63,554 nucleotides of DNA, filler included, from Stramenopiles sp. TOSAG23-6 (GCA_900128565.1; 39 parts of 39 records of this genome joined end to end with filler, not necessarily neighbours in it); one strand, 5' to 3'; positions 36,893 through 49,933 are shown, numbered from the whole stretch's first letter. Program-made: numbers and translations. The notes: generated from the letters alone by a model not told the origin.

Positions 36893-37578
36893 TTAATAAT
36901 TGTTTATATTTGTTAAATCTAGTATGATTTCTTTGTGTTGCAATAAATCTCTTTTATGTCTTTCAAGTAAAGTTTGCCACTCGAGGCAAAATGAAGCATC
37001 ACTTTCCAACCCTTCTCCTTGACTTTTTCGAATCTTCAACATATCTAATTTTCTTGTTACATGTATAATTTGACATTCCACATCTAGTAGATTGCTCTCT
37101 AAGGCTTTACTTGAATTTTGTGAACTATTTAATGTAACATCGAAATCGGGACGAATATATGGCCCTACTGCTTTATTTATTCTCAATATCGCATCAGCTT
37201 CAAGTCTTTTTAATTCCTTCATCAAAGTTGCTTTGGCGATTTCGTCCGTCTCAGGATCGTTATGAGAGTGTATGACTTGATCAACATTGTCGGACTTTTC
37301 GTCAACTTGGTCCACTAATACGTTTTCTATATGCTCTGAATCCGGTTCAGACCCTGATGCGGGCTCAAATATTCCTATATCATCATTATACTCAGTACTT
37401 ACATCGGTTGATTCTTGTCCGCTATTGTGGAAGCTAATTTTTACCTCTTTGGGCTCAATATCATCATCATAGTTCTTGCTCAAATATGTAACAACATCAT
37501 CGATTACCTTTTCGTCATTTGATAATGGCATTGGTGTATCATTCTTTTCAATATTTATTAAGTAATTCATTTCACCCA
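36893..37578 (-). CDS. Unknown acidic/coiled-coil protein C-terminus
   Basis: 225-aa ORF convergent with the GLE1-like gene. Confidence 0.55.
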
Positions 37579-37734
37579 NNNNNNNNNNNNNNNNNNNNNN
37601 NNNNNNNNNNNNNNNNNNNNNNTTAATTAATTAANNNNNNNNNNNNNNNNNNNNNNNNNNNNNNNNNNNNNNNNNNNNATTTTGTACCTAACAAATTTTA
37701 GTTTTTTTTTTTGAAATATTTTTCCAAAATACAT

Positions 37735-38606
37735 ATTCTGTAGCAGTTATTCTGATGGAACTTCTTTTAGGACATTACCATACACTGGGGGCAAAATATG
37801 ACGAATGTGGTGTAAATTTTGATGGCAGAATATGTCGGAGTGTTTTAAAAAATTATGCAGATAATGAAAAGCGGTTTATTCAGCAAATTTACTTATTTCC
37901 TTTGTATAACAGTCAGTTAAACGAAACTGATCTCCAAAAGAAAGCAACTGAAGAAATGATAAAATTCATGAATGATAGTTCTAAAATGGAACCTTCCACG
38001 GAAAATGGATTTCTAAATACAATACCGAGCAAGAGACGCGACGATAAGCTTCGTTGGGGAATTTTATGGAACGCAATGGATTCAGGGCAAAAAGAATATT
38101 TAGCGTGTATTATTGTACCCATGTTGATGATCCAATTTTGGCCAGATGATGCAGACGTAACGAAAGTAATAGAAAGTAAGTTAAAACGTCCATCAGCATC
38201 GGATATTTTAAGAGTTATTAGAAAAATAGATCAGATGTACAGAGTCGGAGTGTGGGGAACCGGTGTTAAAGACACAGGAGTGTGGGGAACCGGTGTTAAA
38301 GACACACTCGATAATCCCGTAGAACCAGATGATAAGCCTGTGCAACCAGATGCTAAAAATACATTTCGTGATAAGCCCGTACAACCAGACATCGAAAATA
38401 CATTTCGTGATGGAGAACAAGAGACAAGGGAATGTTTCACAGTTTACGATCTTAAGAAAAATAAAGAGATAACTGGTGTAAAAGAAGTTGGAACGAATGC
38501 ATCAATCGAAGTGTATTTGTATATACGAAGCGTATTAGGTTTCATGTTCGATATTTTCCAAGAAGCAATTTTTAACGAGAGAGAGAGCTTTCTTTCACAA
38601 CTTTGA
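37735..38606 (+). CDS. Protein kinase C-lobe terminal exon
   Basis: SVAVILMELLLG (subdomain IX) and KRPSASDIL (XI); tandem GVWGTGVKDT. Preceded by a family acceptor. Confidence 0.6.
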
Positions 38607-38649
38607 TTTAAAAGGTAACACTAATATTATTTGGGTTTCATTTATAAAT

Positions 38650-39153
38650 TTATTTTTTACCAGATTTACTAAATTTTTCTTTAGTTAAATGCTTGCGCCA
38701 CGGAGATCGAAATATTGATAAATTAATTTCATCCTTCTTGTCCTTCGAAGCACTAAATGATGTTTGAAGTTTCTTTTGTTGTAATTTTTTATTTTGCCGC
38801 TTAGACCTGTGCATCTCCAATGATTTAGTTTGTGTCCTGTACTTCTTTTTTACAATACTTTTTGGCGTTTGAAATATTTTGTCCTTGTTATCAACTTTAT
38901 GTGCCATAAAACTCTTCTGTGGTGATTGTATTCTCTCCATTTGTCTCTTTTTTTCTTTATGTTTTAGAGGCTTCTCTTGCACTTCAAATTTTAGTAGTTT
39001 CCTTGGAGAATATCGGTTGGTATTGCTACGGAAAGCTAATTCAACTGCCTGTTCCTTCAACTGAGATCGAAGCATTGCAATTTCTACATCCTTTTCATTT
39101 AGTTCTGTTCTTTCAAATTGTTTATTAGCATCAAAATGACCAGAGGTCACATG
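38650..39153 (-). CDS. Unknown basic protein terminal exon
   Basis: The ORF begins directly after family acceptor AAAATACAT. Confidence 0.55.
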   Translation of the reverse strand, partial: HVTSGHFDANKQFERTELNEKDVEIAMLRSQLKEQAVELAFRSNTNRYSPRKLLKFEVQEKPLKHKEKKRQMERIQSPQKSFMAHKVDNKDKIFQTPKSIVKKKYRTQTKSLEMHRSKRQNKKLQQKKLQTSFSASKDKKDEINLSIFRSPWRKHLTKEKFSKSGKK

Positions 39154-39515
39154 ATGTATTTTGGAAAAATATTTCAAAAAAAAATCGTTAGGTACAAAAT
39201 TTCGTATGNNNNNNNNNNNNNNNNNNNNNNNNNNNNNNNNNNNNNNNNNNNNTTAATTAATTAANNNNNNNNNNNNNNNNNNNNNNNNNNNNNNNNNNNN
39301 NNNNNNNNTTACTGGGCTACCACCACTACCACATAAACAACTAGATGATAAATCTGTAAGTAATTATGAAAAGTATCGAGGTTTTGATGGTCGACCTACT
39401 TCATGTCTTCACAAAACTGTATCTAGTCCAAAAGAAGTTATTCGTGTTACATCTGCTATTTATGTATCACCATGTATAGAAAACAATAACTAAATGAATT
39501 TTTTTAAATGAATAT

Positions 39516-40837
39516 TTATATGTTTTTAACTTGAGTTTCAATAGAATATACGGCATCAATATCAGATTTTTTTAACATGCCAAATTGATTTTCAAAATTT
39601 AATAAATAAGTCATTGCCCCATTCATCAGTGGCATCAAAAGAGGGTCAGACTCTTGACAAACTCCTAATATGCGAAGACAGTGGAGAAATTCACCCACAA
39701 TTTCAGCATCGTCTAAAACATCCATACATAAACTAAGTGAACTAATTATTAACTCAAATTCCGGGGTAAACTGGACACGCGGTAATTGATGAGAACCCCA
39801 ATCACTAATAACATACAAGAAATGTGTAACAAAATAACACTGGAGTTTGAAATTAAGCTGCCCCAATTCATCCAATCCTGAATACTTTCTAACTAATGGA
39901 AGCATATGTAGAAAATCAGACATAGTACACATCCCATCTTGACATTTCATAGGAATTCCTATATCTTCACATACATATAGCCAGACAACTGCATCAGTTA
40001 AAGCACCAAAATCAACACAAGGACGGATAATCATACTACAATTACTACATCTCCACAGAAGTTTGGTGGAGTCATTGGAATAGAATCAAGATTAGTGCCA
40101 ATAAATTCCTCTAATAATATTTCATGTGATAACATTCGAATAACTTCCTCTTTAATTCTTTGATACGAAAATTGAAATGATGCTTTGGAAGTTTCGAAAA
40201 GTGTTATACTCTTGAGGACATTTGAGCAACGTCGAGCTGCTTTTCTAGAAGGACGAGATTCAATATTCGTTTTTGATTCATGTATAGTATCGCAATTGTT
40301 TTCTATTTCAGTACATTGTTTTTCATTGTGAGATGTATCTTCTGTAGATGTTGCTGTTAATGTATTTTTTTCATAAATACCTAATCTTCTACATATATGC
40401 AAAGTCTCCAATGCTTTTTGTATTATACGTTGCATAGATTCACCAGCAGGACAATAGTCCGATAGTTGCTTGTAAACATTTGTCCACTGATCAGCTAGTG
40501 TATGACAAATATGTTTTAACTTATTTTGTAAATCTATACATTTTGGTGCACTTGCACACGATATGCGCCATAATTTATGTAAAAGAAATAATTGATTACT
40601 TACATTACAAGGTATCCATCGTTCTGCACTACATACAGTGCACAAGTAGTCAACACCACGCATACAAGCTTCAATGCAATCATCTTTAAACATTTTCATA
40701 ATTGCTTGGTCCCATTTAAAATAATTTGACTCTCGTAAATATACCTCACATTTATATGACTCATATAATTTAGTCCATTTTGCTTTTATTTTTGACATTG
40801 GTTTAACACCTATGTAGAGTTTGTAGGATGACCACAT
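39516..40837 (-). CDS. Unknown helical protein, two frames, partial
   Basis: 268-aa and 172-aa overlapping ORFs; YFVTHFLY motif. Confidence 0.55.
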
Positions 40838-41131
40838 ANNNNNNNNNNNNNNNNNNNNNNNNNNNNNNNNNNNNNNNNNNNNTTAATTAATTAANNNNNN
40901 NNNNNNNNNNNNNNNNNNNNNNNNNNNNNNNNNNNNNNTCACGTATAATAATATATGTATGTTTGATTTTTTTTCAATTAGGGTTAGGGTTAGCGTCGCG
41001 ATGGCACAAATTAAAAAATTACTTCTTCGAGTCAAAGTTTGATTGATTTGATTTGAATCATTTGAATTTTGAAATTTTGATTGAATATATGAATTAGGAA
41101 TGGAGAGGACTCTTTGTAAAGTACTGTAGCA

Positions 41132-42461
41132 ATGGCATCTTACAGTATCAATGACGCAAATCACTTTTACATTGGTTTCTGTACATGTGCTTTGACTTGT
41201 GCATCTTTATTCGCTGCGTACTATTTCATGAAACTGAAAGATCAGAGACAAGGACAAACGAGTACAGTTTTACAGTGCAGCGGGTCTGAAAAACACATCC
41301 AACGTAGTCAGATTGGTAGTTCGAAGTGTTTCATTACTACTCTTGGTCTTGGAGGAGCAAGTTTAGGTGATTTATATACCAGTATTAGTGATCAACAAGC
41401 CCTCAATACAGTCACTCATGCTTATAGTATGCAAATTGGTCATTTTGATACAGCTCCTTGGTATGGAATTGGATTATATGTTATTTTCTTATCAGTGCAC
41501 TAGTAAATAATATACAACGTATTCTATTATAACTCTACATTCATTTATAACAAAATTGAAATATTCCAAACATTGCAAAAGTGAGTCACGAATGGGTTTA
41601 GTTTTACACCGCTTAGACAGAAAATCCTTTACCCTATCAACCAAAGTTGGGCGTTTTCTCGTGCCTGTATTTTTCTTTTCTTTCACAAACTTTCAATTTT
41701 TTTGTGTAATCACTGTGTATTTATTATTTTATTATCAAACATATGGTACACATTCTGGGATGGGGAAACTCTTTCTCCTCATAAAGTTTTAGGCTGGAGA
41801 GGTGGGTTTCGAATGAAGGTAAAATTTGACTATTCAGGAGAGGCATTTAAACAGCAACTCAATGATAGCTTACAAAGATTAGGCATAGGAAGAGTGGACT
41901 GCCTTGTAATTCATGATCTTGAACCAAATAATTTTCCTGATGAAAACAGAATTCCAAATATTGCAAATGCCCAGATTAAACTCGAGGAACTTTTGGATCT
42001 TAAAACTGGTGGTTTTACAACNNNNNNNNNNNNNNNNNNNNNNNNNNNNNNNNNNNGTGTTTTGGTGCTGGTGTTAATGCCGCAGAATCAAATGAAGATC
42101 CAAAACAAAAAATACAATGGAACATTTCTTATGTGAAAAAATTACTACAGAGAAAGACCGCTTCAAACGCTACTTCTATTGATTTCCTATTACTAGCAAA
42201 TATGTATAGTTTATTAAATGATACTGCACACACATCAAAAATATTAGATATGTGTCTTGAGGCCAAAGTTTCAGTAATTGTTGGAGGTCCTTTTTCTTCT
42301 GGAATATTAGCGACTGGTGCAGATCCAAAAAATGGAAATACTGTTCACTATAACTATCTTCCAGCATCAGCGAAAATTTTAAATAAGTGCAGACGCATTC
42401 AAAAAATCTGTGACTTTTATTCAGTACCACTTATATCAGCCGCATTACAATTCCCACTAGG
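41132..42461 (+). CDS. Aldo-keto reductase (D-threo-aldose/L-fucose dehydrogenase-like), multi-exon
   Basis: LGLGGASLG, FDTAPWYGIGL|SESRMG, STKVGR, FDYS, SLQRLG..VDCLVIHD, GGPFSSGILA. Confidence 0.9.
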
Positions 42462-42584
42462 GTATGTGNNNNNNNNNNNNNNNNNNNNNNNNNNNNNNNN
42501 NNNNNNNNNNNNTTAATTAATTAANNNNNNNNNNNNNNNNNNNNNNNNNNNNNNNNNNNNNNNNNNNNACTATATTTGAAATTC

Positions 42585-42968
42585 TTATTCGAACTTCGTA
42601 GCATATTCGTATTTGTCATTAGATTTCGTTTTTCTCAGTTTCCTCCTAATGTGGCTACTTCTAATATAGCCTGATTGCAACTTCCCACTATTCCAAGCTA
42701 ATGTAGTCGCCATAACACTCACCGTAGCAGATCCAAACATACCAAGAAAAAGACAAATGATTCCACTAATTAGATCATGACTATTATGTGCGTGTACCCA
42801 ACTCACAACACCACCACATAGCGATAGTAACACTGACACCAATACTCTCCACTCCCTCCCATAGTCTCTTACCAAATGAGCGTACATAGCACCCCCCATA
42901 TTTAATTGTAATAAAAAAGCACCAATTCGAGGATATATTAACAATGAACTAGCTATAACCATTTCTGA
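42585..42968 (-). CDS. DoxX-like small membrane protein C-terminus
   Basis: GAFLLQLNMGGAMYAH followed by TM helices. Confidence 0.5.
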   Translation of the reverse strand, partial: SEMVIASSLLIYPRIGAFLLQLNMGGAMYAHLVRDYGREWRVLVSVLLSLCGGVVSWVHAHNSHDLISGIICLFLGMFGSATVSVMATTLAWNSGKLQSGYIRSSHIRRKLRKTKSNDKYEYATKFE

Positions 42969-43368
42969 NNNNNNNNNNNNNNNNNNNNNNNNNNNNNNNN
43001 NNNNNNNNNNNNNNNNNNNNNNNNNNNNNNNNNNNNNNNNNAATACCTTCATAAAAAAATGTAGGTACCAAAAAACATCTCGTAGTTATAGATAATAAGA
43101 ATCTATATATAGAAAGTGACATTTCTGGGTATTTTCTTTTAACACTGCCGGTAACTACTCCAACTTGGTTGTAAAGCTTGAGTTTGTTGCTGTTTTTTCT
43201 TTTTTTTTGTTGAAAATCGACGAGTCAAACATCAAACACCATCAATTTGCCATCATCATCGTAAAATTTTATTTTCCCCCGGGCCCGAAGAAGAAATAGA
43301 AATTAGAAATTGGCCATCGTATTATGATAGTCAGCAGCAGAAATACTTTCTAAACGCGAGGATTTATT

Positions 43369-43779
43369 ATGGGGTTACCCGTATTGTCTTTTGATATACC
43401 ACAGGCACTCGCTGATCAAATTAGACGGAGTCAGCGTCCAAAACAGACAACTTTGGCAACAACTGATGATTCCAAAGACGGAACAAATCTAGAAACAGTA
43501 AATTTTACCAATAGTTCACACCATGTATCTACAAAGGTGACTAGTGTAGTACCACAAGACTCTTCACAAATCGATAATCCAATGGCGCAAAGTTCTTTGT
43601 CTCTAGATGCTATACAACGAATGAAGGATGCTGAAAATAAGATAGGTTGGTTAGCGGAAATGTTATCTAGTTCGCTGATCTCACAAGAACAACACGACGA
43701 AGAGTTGCGTTGTTTAGTGGAGAATACATATGAGTATTTATGCCAAGAAAGTCTAAACCTATCGCTGAATGATTCATAG
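43369..43779 (+). CDS. Unknown protein
   Basis: 136-aa ATG-initiated ORF with normal composition. Confidence 0.45.
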   Translation: MGLPVLSFDIPQALADQIRRSQRPKQTTLATTDDSKDGTNLETVNFTNSSHHVSTKVTSVVPQDSSQIDNPMAQSSLSLDAIQRMKDAENKIGWLAEMLSSSLISQEQHDEELRCLVENTYEYLCQESLNLSLNDS

Positions 43780-44263
43780 ATCTTGATACATCCTCTGAGA
43801 AAAGATTCGATCAAGATGACTGGAAAATAGATAATAAAACTTCTCTCGATTCTACTGAAGTTGAAAACAAAAATAGCAATATTGTAGAAAGCAATCAAAT
43901 GGGTGATTGTGTTGATGATTGGGACACAGCAGATTGGGATAATATAGACACTACTATATACACAGACATGAAATCTGGTATAGAAAATATCAAGAGTGTA
44001 AATCAAGAATTGAAGAGTAAAAAAAAAGAAACACTCAAAACGCGAAAAGGGTGTAAAAGATGAAAAAGAAGAAAAATATGGAAGTCAAAAAGGTATTGNN
44101 NNNNNNNNNNNNNNNNNNNNNNNNNNNNNNNNNNNNNNNNNNTTAATTAATTAANNNNNNNNNNNNNNNNNNNNNNNNNNNNNNNNNNNNNNNNNNNNTA
44201 CCTAACAATTTTTTTTTTTTTTTACGGAAAAAAAAAATTTTGAAATATTTTTCTAAAATTCAT

Positions 44264-44842
44264 GTATTACGAAATGCATTAAATAGGATTACATCAAATA
44301 GAGAAAAGGTCGCGGTAGTTAAAGCATTTTCAATGGATAAAATGAAAAATCCATCATTTAGAACTTTATCTGATTTTGTACAACAATATGCACAAAACAC
44401 AAAAAAAACAAAAAACACAAAAAACACAAAAAATACCAAAAAAGCACAAAATACAAAAAGAACAAAAAAAACAGCAAAACTTAAAAACAAAAAAAACGTA
44501 GGAAAAAATAAAATAAAAATGCATGAAAACAACAAAACACATAAAAACATTGGACAATTTACACATTTGGGTGAAGATCACGAAATCAGGCCTGCATTAA
44601 CTACGTGTCAAATACAAAATATACTACAATATTTTTTAAAAGATTCTACTGAATTTTTGACAGTACTGAAATTCCTCCTTGAAAGAATTGATTTTGTGTA
44701 TACAGCAATACGTTTACTTCCATCCATGTCTCCAAAGCATCAATTTGCTTTACAATTATGGATGGTAGGTAATGAATGGCCTGATATGTCTGCTATTCAA
44801 AGTGAGACTTTACCTTTAACTTCAACTTCAACTTCAACATAG
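44264..44842 (+). CDS. Unknown protein terminal exon with K/N/T repeats
   Basis: The ORF follows family acceptor AAAATTCAT. Confidence 0.5.
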   Translation, partial: VLRNALNRITSNREKVAVVKAFSMDKMKNPSFRTLSDFVQQYAQNTKKTKNTKNTKNTKKAQNTKRTKKTAKLKNKKNVGKNKIKMHENNKTHKNIGQFTHLGEDHEIRPALTTCQIQNILQYFLKDSTEFLTVLKFLLERIDFVYTAIRLLPSMSPKHQFALQLWMVGNEWPDMSAIQSETLPLTSTSTST

Positions 44843-45068
44843 ATTTTAGTTTGAAAAAAAATTGATTTATATAAAAGAATAATTTAATTTTTTTATCGAA
44901 ATTTTGTACTTAAAAAAAAATTATGTCTGCTATTCAAACTTCAACTTCAACGTTAACTTCAACTTAACTTCAACTTGAACGTTAACTTGAACGTTAACTT
45001 CAACTTAGTTTTTAGTTTGCAAAAAAATATATTTATATAAAAGAATAATTAAAATTTTTTTTTGCTGT

Positions 45069-45570
45069 TTATGCTTCATCATCGTCTTCATCAAAAGCAG
45101 CTACTTCACCAAAAGCATCATTAAATCCATTTTTTGACAATAAATCAACATTTTTGCTATTATTTTCATTCTTTGCTGGTTTTGGTGGCGGTGGCGGCAT
45201 TACGTCATTTTTGTCTTTGTTACCCGGTTCTGTAGATGTCTGTTGTTTTGCGTCTTGGATTTCTTTTTTTTGTTTCTTTCGTAATAAAAGTTTCTCTTCC
45301 AATGCCTTTGCATGTATTTTGGAAAAATATTTCAAAAAAAAATTTTGAAACATTTGTTAGGTACAAAATTTTTATAAAAAAAAAAATTTCAAAAAAAAAA
45401 AATTTTGAAAATTTGTTAGGTACAAAATTTACTATAAAAAAAAAATTTTAGTTAAAAAATTAAAAAAAAACTAAAACATACATGTTTAATTTGTTCTTCC
45501 ATCTTTGCTTTACTGACAGTAAATTGTTGTTGTCCTTCCAATTTATCAGGATCTTTCCACAACATCATTA
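45069..45570 (-). CDS. Unknown protein, last two exons
   Basis: EEQIKH|AKALEE joined across family intron 45312-45481. Confidence 0.55.
45312..45481 (-). mobile_element. Family intron with duplicated core, GT...AT
   Basis: aaa cat|GTATGTTTT...TCCAAAATACAT|gca aag; two TTTTGTACCTAAC copies. Confidence 0.8.
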
Positions 45571-45693
45571 CTGTCTTTGTTGAAAATATTTATATATATT
45601 TTTTTGTTAGGTACAAAATTTTGTATGAAAAAACGATTGAAAAAAAATTTAAAAAAAATTGAAATTTTTTTTTGGACTTTTTTCTTTGTTTTG

Positions 45694-45727
<34 letters not shown>

Positions 45728-45912
45728 NNNNNNNNNNNNNNNNNNNNNNNNNNNNNNNNNNNNNNNNNNNNTTAATTAATTAANNNNNNNNNNNNNNNNN
45801 NNNNNNNNNNNNNNNNNNNNNNNNNNNTTTTTTTTTTTTTTTTTTTTTTTTGTTATAGTAAATTTTGTCCCTAACAAAAAAAAAAAAAAAAATATATTTT
45901 TCCAAAATACAT

Positions 45913-47250
45913 ATAATAATACAACAACAAATCGAGTGTGTATTTCCTCTGAAGAGAATGAAGATAATACAACAGGTTTGTCAAACATCTCCAAACTATC
46001 CAATGAAACAAATAATAAAAATAATAAAAATAATAAAAATAATAAAAAAAACACGAAAAAACGACAACGTGACGAAGAAATGTCTGATTTTGAAATTGTT
46101 GACAAAAAACAAAAAAATCAAAAAAATCAAAAAAATCAAAAAAATCAAAAAAAAGTACATTATAGCATCCCTCAATACCCAAATAAAATTACTGCTGTAG
46201 GTTGGGAAGATGTAACAATGAGTATTGGTTCCGTATGGGCAGAAATTTTATCATTACAAAAACAATTGTATGTTTTTATCATTTTTCAATTTGGAATTTA
46301 TGTCAAAATTTTTTTTTTTTTTTTTTTCAAAAATTTTTTTTTTTTTTTTTTTTAAAATTTTTTTTTTTTTTTTTTTCTTTCAAAAAAAATTTTTTTTTTT
46401 TTTTTTCGTACAAAAAAATTTTTTTTTTTTTTTCGTACAAAAAAAATTTTTTTTTTTTTTACACTTTTTTTCAAAATTTTTTTTGAAACATAAAAATTTA
46501 CAAAATTGTACAACAAATATGAAATATTGTGCAATACTATAGATATACACCAATGGAGTTACCACTAAGTTCATGGAATTGGCAAAGATCTTTATCACAA
46601 GGACTATCTAAAAAAGTTGAAGTTTTTTTCAAATTAAAAATTCAAAAAAATTCAATACATCAAAAAAAAAATATTTTGAAATTATCAAAGAAAAACATCA
46701 ATATCAATGATGAATGTCATGATGCTGAAGAAGAAATACATGCTGCTGAAAGTGTTGTACATGGGATTAAAGATAGAAAACGTCATGTACATATTATTTT
46801 TTTCATACGAAATTTTGTACCTAACGATTTTTTTTTTCAAAAAAAAATTTTGTACGAAATTTTGTACCTAACAATTTTTTTTTCAAAAATTTTGAAATAT
46901 TTTTTTTACAATACAGTATCATTCAAAAAGATCTCAACGGAGAAAAACCATTGCTCAATCGAACCCTAACCCTAATAATTCGAATACTTCTATTCAATCT
47001 ATTCAGATTAACCCTAACCCTAGAGTATCTAATTTTGGTGTAGAGTGTTCGAGTAGTACAATGACGTCATCGAGTAGTTGTGATGATTTGAACCCTAACC
47101 CTACAACAAAACGGTATGCACGAAATCCACCTATATTTTCTATGAAATTTAAAATTCCTCCACTTTCGAATAACCCTAACCCTAGTAGTACACAGTCAAC
47201 TACATTGAAGAAATCAAAAAAATCAATTCAAATAGTTGGAGTCAAATCAT
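45913..47250 (+). CDS. Unknown low-complexity multi-exon protein
   Basis: Exons between family introns; NK/NQK and NPNP repeats. Confidence 0.45.
46787..46916 (+). mobile_element. Family intron ending in AG
   Basis: cgt cat|GTACATATT...ACAATACAG|tat cat; duplicated core. Confidence 0.75.
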
Positions 47251-47258
47251 GTTTGTTT

Positions 47259-47293
<35 letters not shown>

Positions 47294-47453
47294 AATTTTT
47301 TACCTAAAAAAAAAAAAAAAAAAAAAAAAAATTTTTTTTTTTTTAAATTCTTTNNNNNNNNNNNNNNNNNNNNNNNNNNNNNNNNNNNNNNNNNNNNTTA
47401 ATTAATTAANNNNNNNNNNNNNNNNNNNNNNNNNNNNNNNNNNNNNNNNNNNN

Positions 47454-47506
47454 AACCCGCACTGTCTGATTGGAAGTCAGATTATCTACCAATTAATAAT
47501 ACCCGC
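47454..47506 (-). tRNA. trnG: Mitochondrial tRNA-Gly(UCC), 3' truncated
   Basis: Anticodon arm TCTGA-CTTCCAA-TCAGA. Confidence 0.85.
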
Positions 47507-47510
47507 AATT

Positions 47511-47582
47511 AAGCCAAGGACGGGCTCGAACCGTCTTCAAAAGATTTGCAATCTCTTACATTACCAATTATGCTACTTGACC
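47511..47582 (-). tRNA. trnC: Mitochondrial tRNA-Cys(GCA)
   Basis: Cloverleaf, TTGCAAA anticodon loop, GGTTCGA T-loop. Confidence 0.9.
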
Positions 47583-47595
47583 TTTATTTGATTTT

Positions 47596-47669
47596 TCAGA
47601 GCGGTAGGATTTGAACCTACGACCTACTGCTCCCAAAGCAGTTGCTCTTCCAGGCTAAGCTACGCTCTG
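47596..47669 (-). tRNA. trnP: Mitochondrial tRNA-Pro(UGG)
   Basis: CAGAGCG acceptor stem, TTTGGGA loop. Confidence 0.9.
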
Positions 47670-47672
47670 TAT

Positions 47673-47756
47673 TGGGAAAAGTAGGATTCGAACCTACGTA
47701 GGGAATATCCCAGAAGATTTACAATCTACCGCCTTTAACCACTCAGCCATCTTCCC
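47673..47756 (-). tRNA. trnY: Mitochondrial tRNA-Tyr(GUA)
   Basis: TTGTAAA loop, long variable arm (bacterial type). Confidence 0.9.
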
Positions 47757-47759
47757 GAA

Positions 47760-47832
47760 AGTGTTTAGTAGGATTTGAACCTACATCTACGGGGCCGAAA
47801 CCCATGACTCTATCCAATTGAGCTATAAACAC
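47760..47832 (-). tRNA. trnR: Mitochondrial tRNA-Arg(UCG)
   Basis: GTGTTTA acceptor stem, TTTCGGC loop. Confidence 0.8.
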
Positions 47833-47837
47833 TTTTT

Positions 47838-47909
47838 TATCCCTTACGGGAATTGAACCCGTATTAATGCCTTGAAAAGGCATTGTCCTAACCGTTAGAC
47901 GAAAGGGAC
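47838..47909 (-). tRNA. trnE: Mitochondrial tRNA-Glu(UUC)
   Basis: GTCCCTT acceptor stem, TTTTCAA loop. Confidence 0.9.
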
Positions 47910-47945
47910 TTTTATATTCTAAATAGAATATTTACTTTTAAATAA

Positions 47946-48672
47946 CTAAATGTATAATTGTAAAATACTTAACTTATCTATAATTGGTGTAGGATATACA
48001 CCTAAAAAAATAGTTAGAAATACTAAAGGTAAAAAAACCATAAACTCACGTTTATTTATATCTTCAAAACCGCTAATGAAACTTATTTTTAAATTACCAT
48101 AAGCTATACGATTAAAAAGCCATAACGAATATGCACCACTTAAAATTATACCTAGAGAAGCTATTAAAGCAATAAATGCGTTATCTTGAAAAATACCTGT
48201 AAATAACATAAGCTCTCCGACAAAATTACAAGTACCAGGCAATGCGGCGTTTGCAAAAGTAAATACTAAAAATAAAAAAATAAACAATGGCATTACTTGA
48301 ACAAAACCACCGTAATACTTAACTAAACGTGTATGGTGCCGATCATAAAGCACACCTACACATAAAAATAAAGCACTTGCAACAATTCCATGACTAATCA
48401 TTTGTACAATACTACCTGCAACACCTTGAATATTTAAACTAAATAAACCTAAAACGATTAAATTCATATGTGCAATAGAAGCATATGCTATAATACGTTT
48501 TAAATCTGTTTGACGAATTGCTGTCAGTGAAGTATAAACAATACTTATAGTCGCAATAGTATAAACTATAGGGTTATAATAAATTGCACCAAAACTAAAT
48601 AACGGTATTGAAAACCGAAGAAACCCATAGCTACCTAATTTCAATAAAATACCTGCTAAAATTACAGACCCT

Positions 48673-48680
<8 letters not shown>
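47946..48680 (-). CDS. nad4: NADH dehydrogenase subunit 4, 3' half
   Basis: PTIGSVILAGILLKLGSYG, QTDLKRIIAYASIAHMN, LYDRHHTR. Confidence 0.97.
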
Positions 48681-48977
<297 letters not shown>

Positions 48978-49162
48978 NNNNNNNNNNNNNNNNNNNNNNN
49001 NNNNNNNNNNNNNNNNNNNNNTTAATTAATTAANNNNNNNNNNNNNNNNNNNNNNNNNNNNNNNNNNNNNNNNNNNNATTGTTTTTTTTTTTTATAAAAA
49101 TGTTGTACCTAACAAAATTTTGAAAAAAAAAAAAAAAAAAAAAAAAAAAATTCACAATATAG

Positions 49163-49619
49163 GAGCCAGTTCAATTTTCTACTTTAAGTTCTAATTCACA
49201 CACACAACCTATTTATTCATTATCAATGTATGTTTTTTTTTTTCAATTTTGAATTTATGAATTTTTTTTTTAATACGAAATTTTGTACCTAACAGATTTT
49301 TTTTTTTGACATATTGACACGAAATAAATGGTAGGCACAGCTGCTGCCAATAATCTTGTGTCTGTTAGTACATCAGGTCAATTGTGCAAATGGGTAACAT
49401 CATCCTTAAATGCACCGATTTCGTGTAACTCATTAAAGTACAAAAAAAAAGTCGGTATTGAAAATGATGTTGCAGTGACGTCATTTTGTTTTCCATCTGG
49501 TGAAAATAGTCGATATTGTTGTGGTAGTGAAACAGGCGAGTTGTATACATCATCGTTGGATGAAGCAAAAATGGAATTAACTAAATATCCCACGTATTTT
49601 TTCATTTTCATAGAAAATG

Positions 49620-49650
<31 letters not shown>

Positions 49651-49895
49651 GAAATTGAATAAAAAAAAAAAAAAAAAAAAAAATTGACATATTTTTTTAA
49701 AAATAAATGGGTGATTTTTCTTCTACAGTTACATCAAAACTTACTGAACTGCCAATGTCTCAGCCAAGGGCAACTTCACCTGAAACCATTGACCAAAAAA
49801 GTGATAATTATTTAGGTCATTTTGGACCAGTGACGGCGTGTACGTTTTTTTCATAGAATTTTTTTTTTTTTTTTTTTTTGTAGGGGTTTTTTAAA

Positions 49896-49933
<38 letters not shown>

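Noticed and set aside
46202-46598. Poly-Phe and poly-Lys ORFs
   Set aside because: They are translations of T/A homopolymer tracts inside a family intron.
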